Below are positions 1 through 9,618 of a DNA stretch of 64,000 bases, one piece after another. The notes beneath the pieces were generated by a model. That model saw only the letters and a program-made list of their open reading frames with translations, was not told the DNA's origin and did not search any database. The translations under genes were made by a program, and so were the position numbers. Each line of letters starts with the position of its first letter. Position 1 is the stretch's first letter. The stretch is taken from the NCBI GenBank assembly GCA_963725665.1, contig CAVRZA010000002.1, positions 529,062 to 593,061 on the forward strand. Direction: 5' to 3'. The stretch comes from an uncultured Actinomycetes bacterium (GTDB lineage Bacteria > Actinomycetota > Thermoleophilia > UBA2241).

Positions 1-2470
1 CCGCTCTGCCCGACGAGGCGCCTGAGAGGGCTTTCATCGCCTCGCTCGAGCGCGCGCCGGCCGAGCCCACCGGGGCCGCCAAGTTCGTCATCCTCGAGAG
101 CGCCGCGGACCCGACCGCATACCAGCTCGTCTCGCCCGACATCGCGCTCTGTGACGACTGCCGACGGGAGCTGCTCGATCCCTCCGACAGGCGCTACCGC
201 TACCCGTTCATCAACTGCACCAACTGCGGTCCGCGCTTCACCATCATCGAGTCCCTGCCCTACGACCGCGAGCGCACGACGATGCGCGGCTTCACGCTCT
301 GCGACGACTGCCGGCGCGAGTATCGCGACCCGAGCGACCGGCGCTTTCACGCCGAGCCGATCGCCTGTCCCGTGTGCGGACCCCACGTCGAGTTGTGGCG
401 GCGCGGCGCGTGGGAACCCGACTCGTCGGGCGCCGTCGCGCCGCAGGCGCAGCTCGTTGCCGAGCGCGACGAGGCGATCCGGCTCGCCGGCGGAGTGCTG
501 CGCGAAGGCGCCATCGTGGCGGTGAAGGGTCTAGGCGGCTTTCACCTCGCTTGCGATGCGACCAACGGCGACGTGGTACGCGAGCTCAAGCGCCGCAAAG
601 GACGGCCCGACAAGCCGCTGGCCGTGATGATGACCGACCTCGAGGAGATTCACCGCCACTGCACGACCGACGCGATCGAGGAGGAGCTGCTGGCCTCGCC
701 GGAGCAGCCCATCGTGCTCGTGCGCTGGCCGGCCGGAGAAGCGGCGGCGCGAGCGAAGCTGGGAAACGGGGAAGAGTCGGCCGGAGCAGCGGCGGCGCGA
801 GCAGGGCTGGGGAGGAGGGACGGCTCGGCGAGCGGCATGAGGCCGTGCGGAGACGAAGGGGGTATCGACCCCGAGGTAGCCGTGCGCCAGCGCTACTTGG
901 GGGTGATGCTGCCGTACACCCCCCTGCACGTGCTGCTGCTGCGAGAGGCCGGTCGGCCCCTCGTCATGACGAGCGGCAACCTTGCGGAGGAGCCGATCGT
1001 CGCGACGTGGGACGAGCTCGCGCGGTTGGGCGGGATCCCCGACTACTACCTCGTGCACGATCGCGACATCTACGCTCGCTACGACGACTCCGTGGCGCTC
1101 GTGCGCGCCGGCCGGCCGCGGCTGGTGCGCCGTTCGCGCGGCTACGCTCCCTTCCCGGTGGCCCTGCCGCGCGCACTGCCGAAAGTCCTCGCCTGCGGCG
1201 CCGAGCTGAAGAACTCCTTCTGCCTCACGCGCGACGCCAACGCCTTCGTGAGCCAGCACATCGGCGACCTCGAGAACCTCGAGACACTCGAGCACTTCGA
1301 GGTCGCCGTCGAGCTGTACAAGTCCCTGTTCCGGCTCGAGCCGGAGCTCGTCGCCTACGACCTGCACCCCGAGTACCTGGCGACCAAGTACGCGCTCGGC
1401 CTGCCGGGGCCGAAGCTGGGCGTGCAGCATCACCACGCGCACGTCGCCGCTTGTCTCGTCGAGCACCGGCGGGCCGAGCGCGTGATCGGCGTGAGCATGG
1501 ACGGGCTCGGGTTCGGGACCGACGGCCGCCTCTGGGGCGGCGAGATCATGGCCTGCGACCTCAGCGGCTTTCGCCGTCTCGCCCACCTCGAGGAGCTGCC
1601 GCTGCCTGGTGGCGCGCTCGCCATCCGCAGGCCGGCGCGCACCGCCGCGGGCTGGGTCGCGGCCCTGCTCGGGCCGGACGCGGCGCGCCGCGCCGCTGCC
1701 CGGGTAGGCTGGGCAGGGGAGGCCACGCATCGGCGCGACGGTGCGGACGGGGGACGAGGCCTGCTGGGTGAGGATGAGCTCGAGGCTGTGCTGCGGCAGG
1801 TCGAGACGGGCGTCAACGCGCCGTCGACGACGAGCTGCGGCCGGCTCTTCGACGCCGTCGCCGCCCTCGCCGGTGTGCGGGGCGAGATCACCTATGAAGG
1901 CCAGGCGGCGATCGAGCTGGAGATGGCTTCGTCACCAGGCGCCGAGCCGTACCCCTACGTGGTTGACGAGAGGGATGCGCGGCCGGGCGACGTCTGGGGC
2001 TCCATGGCGGGTGGCGCCGGCGGCGCCGGCCGCGGCAGCTCGCTCAGGGGCGCCGACGAGGCAGGTCAGACGAGCTTGGGCGAGGGTGGCGGCGGGGAGA
2101 GGCCGGTGTCTGGGTCATCAGGCTGGCCCCTCTCTTCGAAACGCTGCTGGGCGAGCTCGCCCGTGGGCGCGAGCCGGCCCCGGCGCGAGCCGGCTCGCGC
2201 CTGCACGCCACCATCCCGGCGATGATCCTCGACATCTGCCGCCGGGTGCGCCGCGACGAGGGCCTGGGCACCGTCGCGCTGTCGGGGGGTGTCTTTCAGA
2301 ACCGCCTCCTCACCGATCTCTGTGAGGAGGCGCTGGAGGGCGACGGGTTCGAGGTCCTCACGCATGCCCTGGTGCCGCCCAACGACGGCGGCCTCTCCCT
2401 TGGTCAGGCCGCCGTCGCTGGCTATACTCTCCTGCGCGAGGCCACCGCCGCGTCCTCTGAAGGCAGGTAG
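1..2470 (+). CDS. hypF: Carbamoyltransferase HypF (5' partial; frameshift near 2110)
   Basis: Frame open from base 3: zinc fingers CDDC..CTNCGPRF and CDDC..CPVCGP, KGLGGFHL, HPEY, QHHHAH, DGLGFG, TSCGRLFD. The C-terminus (LSGGVFQN, PPNDGGLSLGQ) lies in another frame (2222-2470). Confidence 0.95.
731..811 (+). repeat. Imperfect in-frame direct repeat (33 bp, 48-bp period) forming an Ala/Gly-rich insertion in HypF
   Basis: ggccggagaagcggcggcgcgagcgaagctggg (731-763) vs ggccggagcagcggcggcgcgagcagggctggg (779-811). Confidence 0.75.
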
Positions 2471-2473
2471 CCC

Positions 2474-2716
2474 GTGTGTCTCGCGGTCCCCATGCGCATC
2501 GTCTCGATCGACGACGGCACGGCCACGATCGAATCCGGCGGGCTCACGCAGCGCGCCAGCCTGATGCTCGTGCCGGAGGCCGTCGTCGGCGACTTCGTGC
2601 TCGTGCACGCCGGCTATCGCCATCACCGTGCTCGACGCCGACGAGGCGGCCGAACGCGAGCGGCTCTTCGCCGAGCTCCTCGAGGCAGAAGACGAGCTGG
2701 GCTCGGAGCCGCGTGA
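2474..2716 (+). CDS. hypC: Hydrogenase maturation chaperone HypC (internal compensating frameshifts)
   Basis: MCLAVP N-terminus and VGDFVLVHAG; the expected AITVLDADEA continues in another frame from ~2618; stop overlaps the hypD GTG. Confidence 0.93.
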   Translation: MCLAVPMRIVSIDDGTATIESGGLTQRASLMLVPEAVVGDFVLVHAGYRHHRARRRRGGRTRAALRRAPRGRRRAGLGAA

Positions 2717-3870
2717 GCGACCCGGGCGCAGTCCCGGCGGGCCGGGGTCGCCGGCGAGCGATCGCGAGCGCGGTCCCGGCCGGGACCGGCGCGAGCGAGC
2801 GCGTCTCGGCGCTCGCGCGGGCGCTGTCTGCCGCGGCGGCCGAGCGTGGGCCGGCCACCTACATGGAGGTCTGCGGCACGCACACCATGGCCATCTCGCG
2901 CTTCGGCCTGCGCGAGTTGCTCCCGGAGTCGATCCGCCTCGTGTCGGGGCCCGGTTGTCCCGTCTGTGTGACGGCGACGGGGGATCTCGATGTGGCCGTC
3001 GCGCTGGCGCGCCTGCCGCAGGTCACGCTGGTCACCTTCGGCGACCTCGTGCGCGTGCCGGCCTCGAGGTCGACGCTCGCCGACGAGCGCGCCGCCGGAG
3101 CTGACGTGCGCGTGGTCTACTCGGCCGCCGACGCGGTCGAGCTCGCTGCGCGACTGCCCCGGCGCGAGGTCGTCTTCGTCGGCATCGGCTTCGAGACGAC
3201 GGCGCCCACCGTCGCGGCGGCCGTCATCTCGGCTCGCGATCGTGGGCTGGCGAACTTCTCGCTCCTGAGCCTGCACAAGACCATGCCCGGGGCGCTGCGC
3301 GCCTTGCTCGACGCCGAGGAGGTCGCCATCGAGGGCTTCCTTCTGCCCGGCCACGTGAGCGTGATCACGGGTAGCGAGTGCTACCGCTTCGTGGCCGAGG
3401 AGTACGGCGTGGGAGGCGTGGTCGCGGGCTTCGAGGCCGATGACGTGCTCGAGGCGCTGGTCATGCTGGCGCGTCAGCGCACGCCGGCGATCGAGATCGG
3501 CTATCGTCGCGCCGTGCATCCAGAGGGCAACCTCGTGGCGCAAGCGCTCATGGCGGAGGTGTTCGAGCCGTGCGACGCCGCGTGGCGCGGGCTGGGAACG
3601 ATCACTGGGTCAGGTCTCAGGCTGGCGCCGGCGTTCCGCTCGTATGCCGTCGAGGAGCGCCTGCCGGTCGAGGCCGGCGAGACGATCGAGCCGGCGGGGT
3701 GCGCCTGCGGCTCCGTGCTGCGCGGAGCTCTGGATCCGATCGACTGCCCCCTGTTCGCGGGCCGCTGCACCCCGGTCTCGCCCGTGGGTCCGTGCATGGT
3801 GTCGAGCGAGGGCTCGTGTGCGGCGCGCTACCGGTATCGTGGTGTCGAGGGAAACGAGGCCGGACGGTGA
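2713..3870 (+). CDS. hypD: Hydrogenase formation protein HypD
   Basis: CGTHT, GPGCPVC, GFETT, PGHVS and GPCMVSSEGSC motifs. Confidence 0.97.
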   Translation: MSDPGAVPAGRGRRRAIASAVPAGTGASERVSALARALSAAAAERGPATYMEVCGTHTMAISRFGLRELLPESIRLVSGPGCPVCVTATGDLDVAVALARLPQVTLVTFGDLVRVPASRSTLADERAAGADVRVVYSAADAVELAARLPRREVVFVGIGFETTAPTVAAAVISARDRGLANFSLLSLHKTMPGALRALLDAEEVAIEGFLLPGHVSVITGSECYRFVAEEYGVGGVVAGFEADDVLEALVMLARQRTPAIEIGYRRAVHPEGNLVAQALMAEVFEPCDAAWRGLGTITGSGLRLAPAFRSYAVEERLPVEAGETIEPAGCACGSVLRGALDPIDCPLFAGRCTPVSPVGPCMVSSEGSCAARYRYRGVEGNEAGR

Positions 3871-4913
3871 GCGAGCGTCGCGTCGCTGTTGGCGCGGGCG
3901 AGACCGTGAGCGGTCGCATCCTACTCAGTCATGGGAGCGGCGGCAGGCTGTACCGCGACCTGGTGCGCGACGTCTTCGTGGCGGCCTTCGCCAACCCGGT
4001 GCTCGATCGGCTCGACGACGCGGCCGTCCTCGCGACGGGCGGCCGCGTCGCCTTCACCACCGACGCCCACGTGGTCAGGCCACTGCGCTTTCCCGGCGGC
4101 GACATCGGTCGTCTCGCCGTGGCGGGCACCGTCAACGACCTCGCCACCGCCGGCGCCCGCCCCCTCGCCCTGAGCGCCGCCTTCGTGATCGAGGAAGGGT
4201 TCGAGCTCGTCGATCTTGAGGCGGTCTGCGCCAGCATGGCGGCCACCGCCAGGGAGGCCGACGTGGCGATCGTCACCGGGGACACCAAGGTCGTCGAGCG
4301 GGGAGCGGCCGACGGCCTGTTCATCACCACGACCGGCATAGGCGAGATCGTCGTCGAGCATGAGATCACGGCCGGCGCCGTGCGCGACGGCGACGTCGTC
4401 CTGTTGAGCGGCACCGTCGGCGATCACGCGCTGGCGGTCGTCGCTGCGCGCGACGAGTTCCATTTCACGGCCCCGATCGAGAGCGACTGCGCACCGCTCT
4501 GGGGGCTCGTGGCCGCCGCCTTGGAGGCCGGCGGGGAGGAGGTGCGCTTCGTGCGCGACCCTACGCGGGGTGGCCTGGCCGCGCTGCTCGCGGAGCTTGC
4601 CGAGACGGCCGGCGTCGGTGTCGACGTCGAGGAGGAGGCGATACCGGTCAGCGCGCCGGTGCGCTCGGCGTGCGCTCTGCTCGGCTACGACCCGCTCACG
4701 CTGGCCAACGAGGGGAAGATGGTGTTCGTCGTGGGGCCGCGGCGCGGCGAGGCGGTGCTGGGTGCGCTGCGCGGGCGCCCGGAGGGCGCCCGCGCAGCGC
4801 GCATCGGAGTCATCACCGCCGCGCACCCCGGGCGCGTAGCGCTGCGCACCGCCTTCGGCACCCGCAGGGTCCTCGACATGCCCGTGGGCGAGCTGCTCCC
4901 GCGCATCTGCTGA
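3867..4913 (+). CDS. hypE: Carbamoyl dehydratase HypE
   Basis: HGSGG, GTVNDLA, GDTKVV, RDPTRGG, ANEGK and C-terminal PRIC. Confidence 0.97.
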   Translation: MSERRVAVGAGETVSGRILLSHGSGGRLYRDLVRDVFVAAFANPVLDRLDDAAVLATGGRVAFTTDAHVVRPLRFPGGDIGRLAVAGTVNDLATAGARPLALSAAFVIEEGFELVDLEAVCASMAATAREADVAIVTGDTKVVERGAADGLFITTTGIGEIVVEHEITAGAVRDGDVVLLSGTVGDHALAVVAARDEFHFTAPIESDCAPLWGLVAAALEAGGEEVRFVRDPTRGGLAALLAELAETAGVGVDVEEEAIPVSAPVRSACALLGYDPLTLANEGKMVFVVGPRRGEAVLGALRGRPEGARAARIGVITAAHPGRVALRTAFGTRRVLDMPVGELLPRIC

Positions 4914-4963
4914 CCCACGCCGGCTGACGCCACGCCGGCTGACCCCACACGCCGGCTGACCCC
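4909..4963 (+). repeat. Degenerate tandem repeat (GCTGAC..CACGCCG, ~3.5 units of 14-17 bp) at the hypE stop
   Basis: gctgacccacgccg / gctgacgccacgccg / gctgaccccacacgccg / gctgaccccc. Confidence 0.75.
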
Positions 4964-4988
4964 CGCGCATCCGTCGGCCACTCGATCC

Positions 4989-5291
4989 GTGCGTATCGCC
5001 CTCGGCTGGACACCACCGGGTAAAGCCGGGCGCGTTCTCGCCGATAACGGGTGCGTGGCCTGGGACTACACAAGTTACGCGGACTACAAGCGCGCCCTGC
5101 AGGAGCTGCGCCGGACCGGGATCGCCCCCAAGGTCGTCTTGCCGTTCGCGGCACAGCCGGGCGATTCGGTCGTGATCGACGACAAGGAGTACGTTCTTCT
5201 CGCCGCGGTCACCGACGAGGGACCGGTCGCGGGGCCGATCGAGCCCGAGGAGAGCGCGATCCTCGGTTACCTGGCGCGCAGAGTCAACTGA
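4989..5291 (+). CDS. Hypothetical protein (100 aa)
   Basis: GC3-rich codon usage and globular-looking composition; no family recognised. Confidence 0.65.
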   Translation: MRIALGWTPPGKAGRVLADNGCVAWDYTSYADYKRALQELRRTGIAPKVVLPFAAQPGDSVVIDDKEYVLLAAVTDEGPVAGPIEPEESAILGYLARRVN

Positions 5292-5328
5292 GGGAGCACA
5301 CAGCGGCGCGGGCGGCGGGGGGCTGGTA

Positions 5329-6279
5329 TCAGCGCCCCGCCGCCCGCGCCTCAGCCTGTCGATAGACCATCAGCAGCTTCTCGGCGGCCACGTCGGCTCC
5401 GTGCCGCGTCGCGATCTCCCGTCCGGCGACCCTGGGGTCGCTCTGCTCGAGCAGCTCGCGTACGTGATCGGCCCAGCGCGCCGCGTCGAATGGGGCGCAC
5501 AGGCACCCGTCGATCCCGGGCAGCACCTCGGCGGCGATGCCCACCGGGGTGCTCAGCACGGGCACGTCGCAGGCCAGCGCCTCGATGCAGGCGAGGCCGT
5601 AGCCCTCGCGCTCGGAGGTGACGATCACCGCGTCCGCGGCGTTGATCCACAGCGGGACCTCGTCGCGCGGCCTCCCGGTCAGCGCGCGCAGCTTCACCGG
5701 CACGGCGGCGGCGACGGCGGCGGCGCGCTCGTAGCGCTTCTCGGGCCGTGATGGGTCCGACGGGAACAGCAGAAAGCGCTCGGCCGGGTCGAGCCCGAGC
5801 CGGCGGCGGGCATCATCGCGCGGCGAGGGCTTGAAGAGTTCGACGTCGACGCCCGGCGGCACGACGGCCGTCACCGGGAAGGGACAGATGGCGGCGAGCT
5901 CGCGCGAGACGGCGACCGTGGCTGCCGCCCGGCGCGCGGCGAGGGCGGTCAGACGGCGCACGACGGGATGGTGGCAGTCGCGACCGTGCACCGTGAGGAC
6001 GAGGGGCTGACGGCGAGGGAGCGCGAGGCAGACGAAGCCGCTCAGCCCGTAGTGAGCGTGAACGAGGTCGTGCGGGTGGCGGCGGCGCAGCGCCGCCGCC
6101 GCCCGCACGTACTGCCACGGGCGTCCGCGCGCGTCGAAGGCGAAGAGGTCGACGTCGACTGCCCCTGTGGCTCGAAGCGCCCGCACCTGGTCGCGCACGA
6201 AGCTGCCGAAGGCCGGTGTCTCGGGCGTCGGGTACATGTTGGTGACGATCAGGACGCGGAGGCGGCGCTTGGGATCCAT
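5329..6279 (-). CDS. Glycosyltransferase family 4 (GT-B)
   Basis: VLIVTNMYP, VHAHYG, TVHG and EGYGLACIEALAC (E-x7-E) motifs. Confidence 0.92.
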   Translation of the reverse strand: MDPKRRLRVLIVTNMYPTPETPAFGSFVRDQVRALRATGAVDVDLFAFDARGRPWQYVRAAAALRRRHPHDLVHAHYGLSGFVCLALPRRQPLVLTVHGRDCHHPVVRRLTALAARRAAATVAVSRELAAICPFPVTAVVPPGVDVELFKPSPRDDARRRLGLDPAERFLLFPSDPSRPEKRYERAAAVAAAVPVKLRALTGRPRDEVPLWINAADAVIVTSEREGYGLACIEALACDVPVLSTPVGIAAEVLPGIDGCLCAPFDAARWADHVRELLEQSDPRVAGREIATRHGADVAAEKLLMVYRQAEARAAGR

Positions 6280-6373
6280 GAGGGGAACCTACCGCCTCAC
6301 TGTGACAGGGGCAAGGAGGCGTCTCGGCCCCGACGTGCGCGTCTGTCGAGGCCGCCGGGGGCCTCCTGCACCT

Positions 6374-6814
6374 TCAGCTCGTTAGCGTTCTCTTCCACAT
6401 GCGCACGACGGTGCCTCCGCTGCCCGAGCGCACTTGGACGTCGTCCATGAGGTGGTAGATGAGGAAGAGCCCGCGGCCGCGGGGGCACAGGGGGTCGGGA
6501 GCCCGGTCGGGTCTGATGCGCCCGGCGTCGAACCCGCGCCCGTGGTCGCGTACCTCGACATACACCCGGTGGTCGCCGCAGGACGCGGTCACCCGGATGC
6601 CACCGCTGCCGTCCCCGCTGTGGACGATGACGTTGTTGCAGGCTTCCTGGGTCGAGAGCACGATGTCGTCGGCGATCCCCTGCGGGACGGACTGGCGCGT
6701 AAGGAGCGCTCGCAGCGAGTGTCGCAAGGTGCCGACTTGGCTCTTCTCCAGCGGAAGGACTACGGTGAGGTCGGTAGCCGTCTTACCGTCCCGGTTTGCT
6801 GCATCGTGCTCCAC
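6374..6814 (-). CDS. RsbW-like anti-sigma factor / ATP-binding protein (HATPase_c_2)
   Basis: EACNNVIVH N-box, DHGRGF, GRGLFLIYHLMD, GTVVRM. Confidence 0.88.
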   Translation of the reverse strand: MEHDAANRDGKTATDLTVVLPLEKSQVGTLRHSLRALLTRQSVPQGIADDIVLSTQEACNNVIVHSGDGSGGIRVTASCGDHRVYVEVRDHGRGFDAGRIRPDRAPDPLCPRGRGLFLIYHLMDDVQVRSGSGGTVVRMWKRTLTS

Positions 6815-7107
6815 GCTGCGTTGCCGTCCCCCAAGCTTCTCGGTGGACCGCCCGAGCCCACCGCACTTCTCGTCCTTACTATCGGCCCATTCGACGGTGA
6901 AAAGGAGACTCCTCGCCGTTGCACGTTGACAGAGGCGGCAACGCCGTCGATGTCCAGTCTGCTTTGACGCTCACAAGGCGGCGGTGACATCGCCAGCAAT
7001 CAGGGCAGCGCATCGGCGGGGGATCGGGAGGCGTACCTTGCCAGATAGTGGCGAGGCCAATTGGAGAGATCGGCGAGGGCAGCGGTGAGAACAAGACGGA
7101 CTGGGGG

Positions 7108-7183
7108 TGGAGCCCACTCGCGGATTCGAACCGCGGACCCCCTCCTTACCATGGAGGTGCTCTGCCGGCTGAGCTAAGTGGGC
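7108..7183 (-). tRNA. tRNA-Thr(GGT)
   Basis: Cloverleaf GCCCACT..AGTGGGC, anticodon loop ATGGTAA, TTCGAAT T-loop, encoded CCA. Confidence 0.96.
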
Positions 7184-7189
7184 GCGCTA

Positions 7190-7274
7190 TGGTGGGGGAG
7201 CTAGGATTCGAACCTAGGTAGGCTGCGCCAACGGATTTACAGTCCGCCCCCTTTAGCCACTCGGGCACTCCCCC
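7190..7274 (-). tRNA. tRNA-Tyr(GTA)
   Basis: GGGGGAG..CTCCCCC acceptor stem, CTGTAAA loop, long variable arm, CCA. Confidence 0.96.
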
Positions 7275-7287
7275 GGAGGCGAAGGCT

Positions 7288-7317
7288 ATGGTAGTCGAAA
7301 ACCTCTCGGCCTTTCAA
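7288..7317 (-). promoter_or_regulatory. Sigma70-type promoter for the tRNA-Tyr/Thr pair
   Basis: Minus strand TTGAAA-N18-TACCAT just upstream of tRNA-Tyr; boundaries approximate. Confidence 0.6.
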
Positions 7318-7339
7318 CCAAAACGCGGCTTCGGAGGGA

Positions 7340-7467
7340 GAAAACGACGGCGGCCGCCCGGGGGCGGCCGCCGTCTCCCAAAAAGGGTGCCGCCGGAGGG
7401 GGACCGGCGGCTGGGGGGCTGTGGTGCATTCAGGTAGGGGGAACCTGAATCCTCAGCTTGTGATGAC
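7340..7467 (-). ncRNA. Candidate 6C-like sRNA with two UCCCCCU-loop hairpins and an intrinsic terminator
   Basis: Two perfect 8-bp stems (7428-7450, 7389-7411) with identical UCCCCCU loops, a C6 linker, then a 13-bp GC stem (7346-7375) followed by GUUUU; own promoter upstream. Confidence 0.7.
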
Positions 7468-7473
7468 GCGCAC

Positions 7474-7500
7474 ATTATAGCACAGAAGACAACGCGTCAA
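7474..7500 (-). promoter_or_regulatory. Extended -10 promoter driving the candidate sRNA
   Basis: Minus strand TTGACG-N15-TATAAT with TGn extension (TGCTATAAT); the spacer is short. Confidence 0.65.
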
Positions 7501-7693
7501 GAGGCAATCGTGCCTGACTGGCCGCGGTGGCGGTGGACATAATGGTACGTCGAGGCGCTGTCGTCGTTGCCGCTACTCAACCTGCTGGCGAACGTCGCGC
7601 ACGCTCGATCGGGGACCGCGGGCGACCTCGCGGCGTGTTTGAGGCACAGCGTTGAGGCACAGCGCCGCGCTCTGCTACACTACGCTTCCGGTC

Positions 7694-7770
7694 GGCGGCG
7701 TAGCTCAGTTGGTCAGAGCAGCGGAATCATAATCCGCGTGTCGCAGGTTCGAGTCCTGCCGCCGCTACCA
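7694..7770 (+). tRNA. tRNA with CAT anticodon (elongator Met; Ile2 not excluded)
   Basis: GGCGGCG..CGCCGCT stem, GCGGA-ATCATAA-TCCGC anticodon arm, GTTCGAGT, CCA. Confidence 0.95.
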
Positions 7771-8023
7771 GCTCTTGCAGGACTCCCTTTTCAGGCGTCG
7801 GCCCCGTGAGACGCCGCAGGTGTCCCAGTAGGTGACAATCTCATCAGGGCGTTCATGCGTTCGGCCATGCGCTCCTTCTCATCCATCCCCCAGCGTACGC
7901 AGGTGCGCGGGGTGAAGCCGGGGAGAGCCGCGCGGCCGGATCCGGCCCCAGAGAACGCAGACCGCCCCCTGAGCCCACAGGGCCGGCCGTGCTACTATTG
8001 GGCTAGCGAGTTGGAGGGGAGCC

Positions 8024-8296
8024 ATGGACGGCGGAATCCCGGATGATGTGCTGGACGTTATGTGGCTCGAGGTTGAGAGGAACAGCGACTCGGGGCGCCG
8101 CTTCCACACAGTGTGGGGGGCATACCGCGAGCGCCGTGACACACCCCAGGAGCCCCTGTTCATGTCGAGGCTGAGTCAATTGTGGTTCCAGGCGAAGCCC
8201 AAGGGGACGCCAAGCTCGCTCACCCGCGCACAGCTTGAGGCGCTCGAACGATGTGAGCAGGGAGAGCCCTACGGCGAGTCTCAAGAGGGCCACTAA
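8024..8296 (+). CDS. Hypothetical protein (90 aa) in the islet
   Basis: GGAGGGGA RBS before ATG; no family recognised. Confidence 0.5.
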   Translation: MDGGIPDDVLDVMWLEVERNSDSGRRFHTVWGAYRERRDTPQEPLFMSRLSQLWFQAKPKGTPSSLTRAQLEALERCEQGEPYGESQEGH

Positions 8297-8753
8297 GGGC
8301 GGGAGCAGTAGGGGCGCGACTGTTTGCCCGAGCCTCCTCGCCAGCATAGCCGGCTCCGGTCGGGTAGAACGCGAACGGCTGGCCTGCCACTTGCCCTCCT
8401 GTTGTTCTCCTGGTCGTGTGAGACGGTTACAGCAGGCCGTATCGCAGGGGAAACAGACGAAGCACGGTACGCCCCCCCGCCGTGCTCGAATGGCCGCCGA
8501 GGTGCCATGGCTCGGTGGCCTCTCTGCGTGTGGAGGGGAGAGGGGGGCGACTGGGTACCCGAGCGTCAGCGCCAGCGTAGCCCCGCACCACTTTAGCGGC
8601 TCGCGAGCGCGTGAAGGAAGGAAGGCCGTACGGGAGCACGGCGGTTGACGGTTCGGCCTGAGAGGACGCTGGAAGAAGCGTAGGCGGTTCGCGGTTGAGG
8701 TTGCGGGGCAATAGTGACGCCGAGGGTTGCTAGCGGCTGCCAAGGAAGGGCCG

Positions 8754-8939
8754 ATGCACGTCGCCTGGTACTACTGGATCTTGATTCTCATCCTCGCGCT
8801 GGTGTTCGCGTGGATCTGCGCAGCGATAGCCGACATCAAGAACTACAGCGGCCTGGGCTTTGGCATCCTGGGCTTCTTCTCCTTCATCATCATCTTCATC
8901 ATCACATACAACGTCGTCCTCGCCCTGCCCACGAACTGA
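8754..8939 (+). CDS. Small two-TM membrane protein
   Basis: AAGGAAGG RBS; two hydrophobic segments (WYYWILILILALVFAWI; GFGILGFFSFIIIFII). Confidence 0.6.
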   Translation: MHVAWYYWILILILALVFAWICAAIADIKNYSGLGFGILGFFSFIIIFIITYNVVLALPTN

Positions 8940-9618
8940 GGGGTCGCGGCCGGCGCGGTGAAGTCTTCTGCGAGAAGGGGCGCGCCGGCCAACCGTTGTG
9001 GCGCCGCGCCAGTGCCTGCAGGAAGCCCGCGGGAGCGCGCGGCGGTTGACGTTGGGGGGATGGAGCCACGAGGGGCGTTCGGCCGTGGCAGGACAAGAAT
9101 AGGTGTCACGCTAGGTGACAATCGTTCGTCACCGCCCGTGTTTGCGCCGTCACGGCGTCGGGCGGAAATGACGAATAGCAGGTGAAAGTGACGGGGCGGA
9201 AAGCCTCTTATGGTAATCATGATCCGCGCGTCGCAGGTTCGAGTCCTGCCGCCGCCACCAGCTCTGTTTCGGCTCCTGATTGCGCTGGGAGTGAGTGCGA
9301 GCTCCGCTAGCCCCGAGGTCGGCATGCGTCTCCCCATCGGTCTGCGCGCGGGCCGTGACTGAAGGGTCGACCAGGGCGATCGTCGTCGGCATGTCCGGTG
9401 CGACCGGCCTCGCCGTCGCGCGTGCGCTTGCCCAGGCCGGCGTGGAGTGCCACGTTCCTCCTCTCGCTGGCGGCCTCCGATCTGGGCGGCGATCCGGCGT
9501 CGCTGTTCGTGCCGAAGAAGTGAGGAGCCACCCGCTGTACGTCGCCCACGAGGTCGCGGTGACGCACCCGGGCAGCCGCCGCATCGGCGAGCCGCTCGCA
9601 GGGGTGACGTAGGCCGGG

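Larger units (their letters stand above)
7725..9265 (+). mobile_element. Small tRNA-Met-anchored islet flanked by 51-bp att-like direct repeats
   Basis: 7725-7775 repeated at 9215-9265 with 3 mismatches; internal 23-bp repeats at 7818-7840 and 9101-9123; no intact integrase. Confidence 0.82.

Noticed and set aside
4909-4963. Short repeats as a CRISPR array
   Set aside because: Units are 14-17 bp, directly adjacent, with no spacers and no cas genes.
9215-9260. Second tRNA-Met gene
   Set aside because: Only the 3' half is present; treated as an att duplicate.
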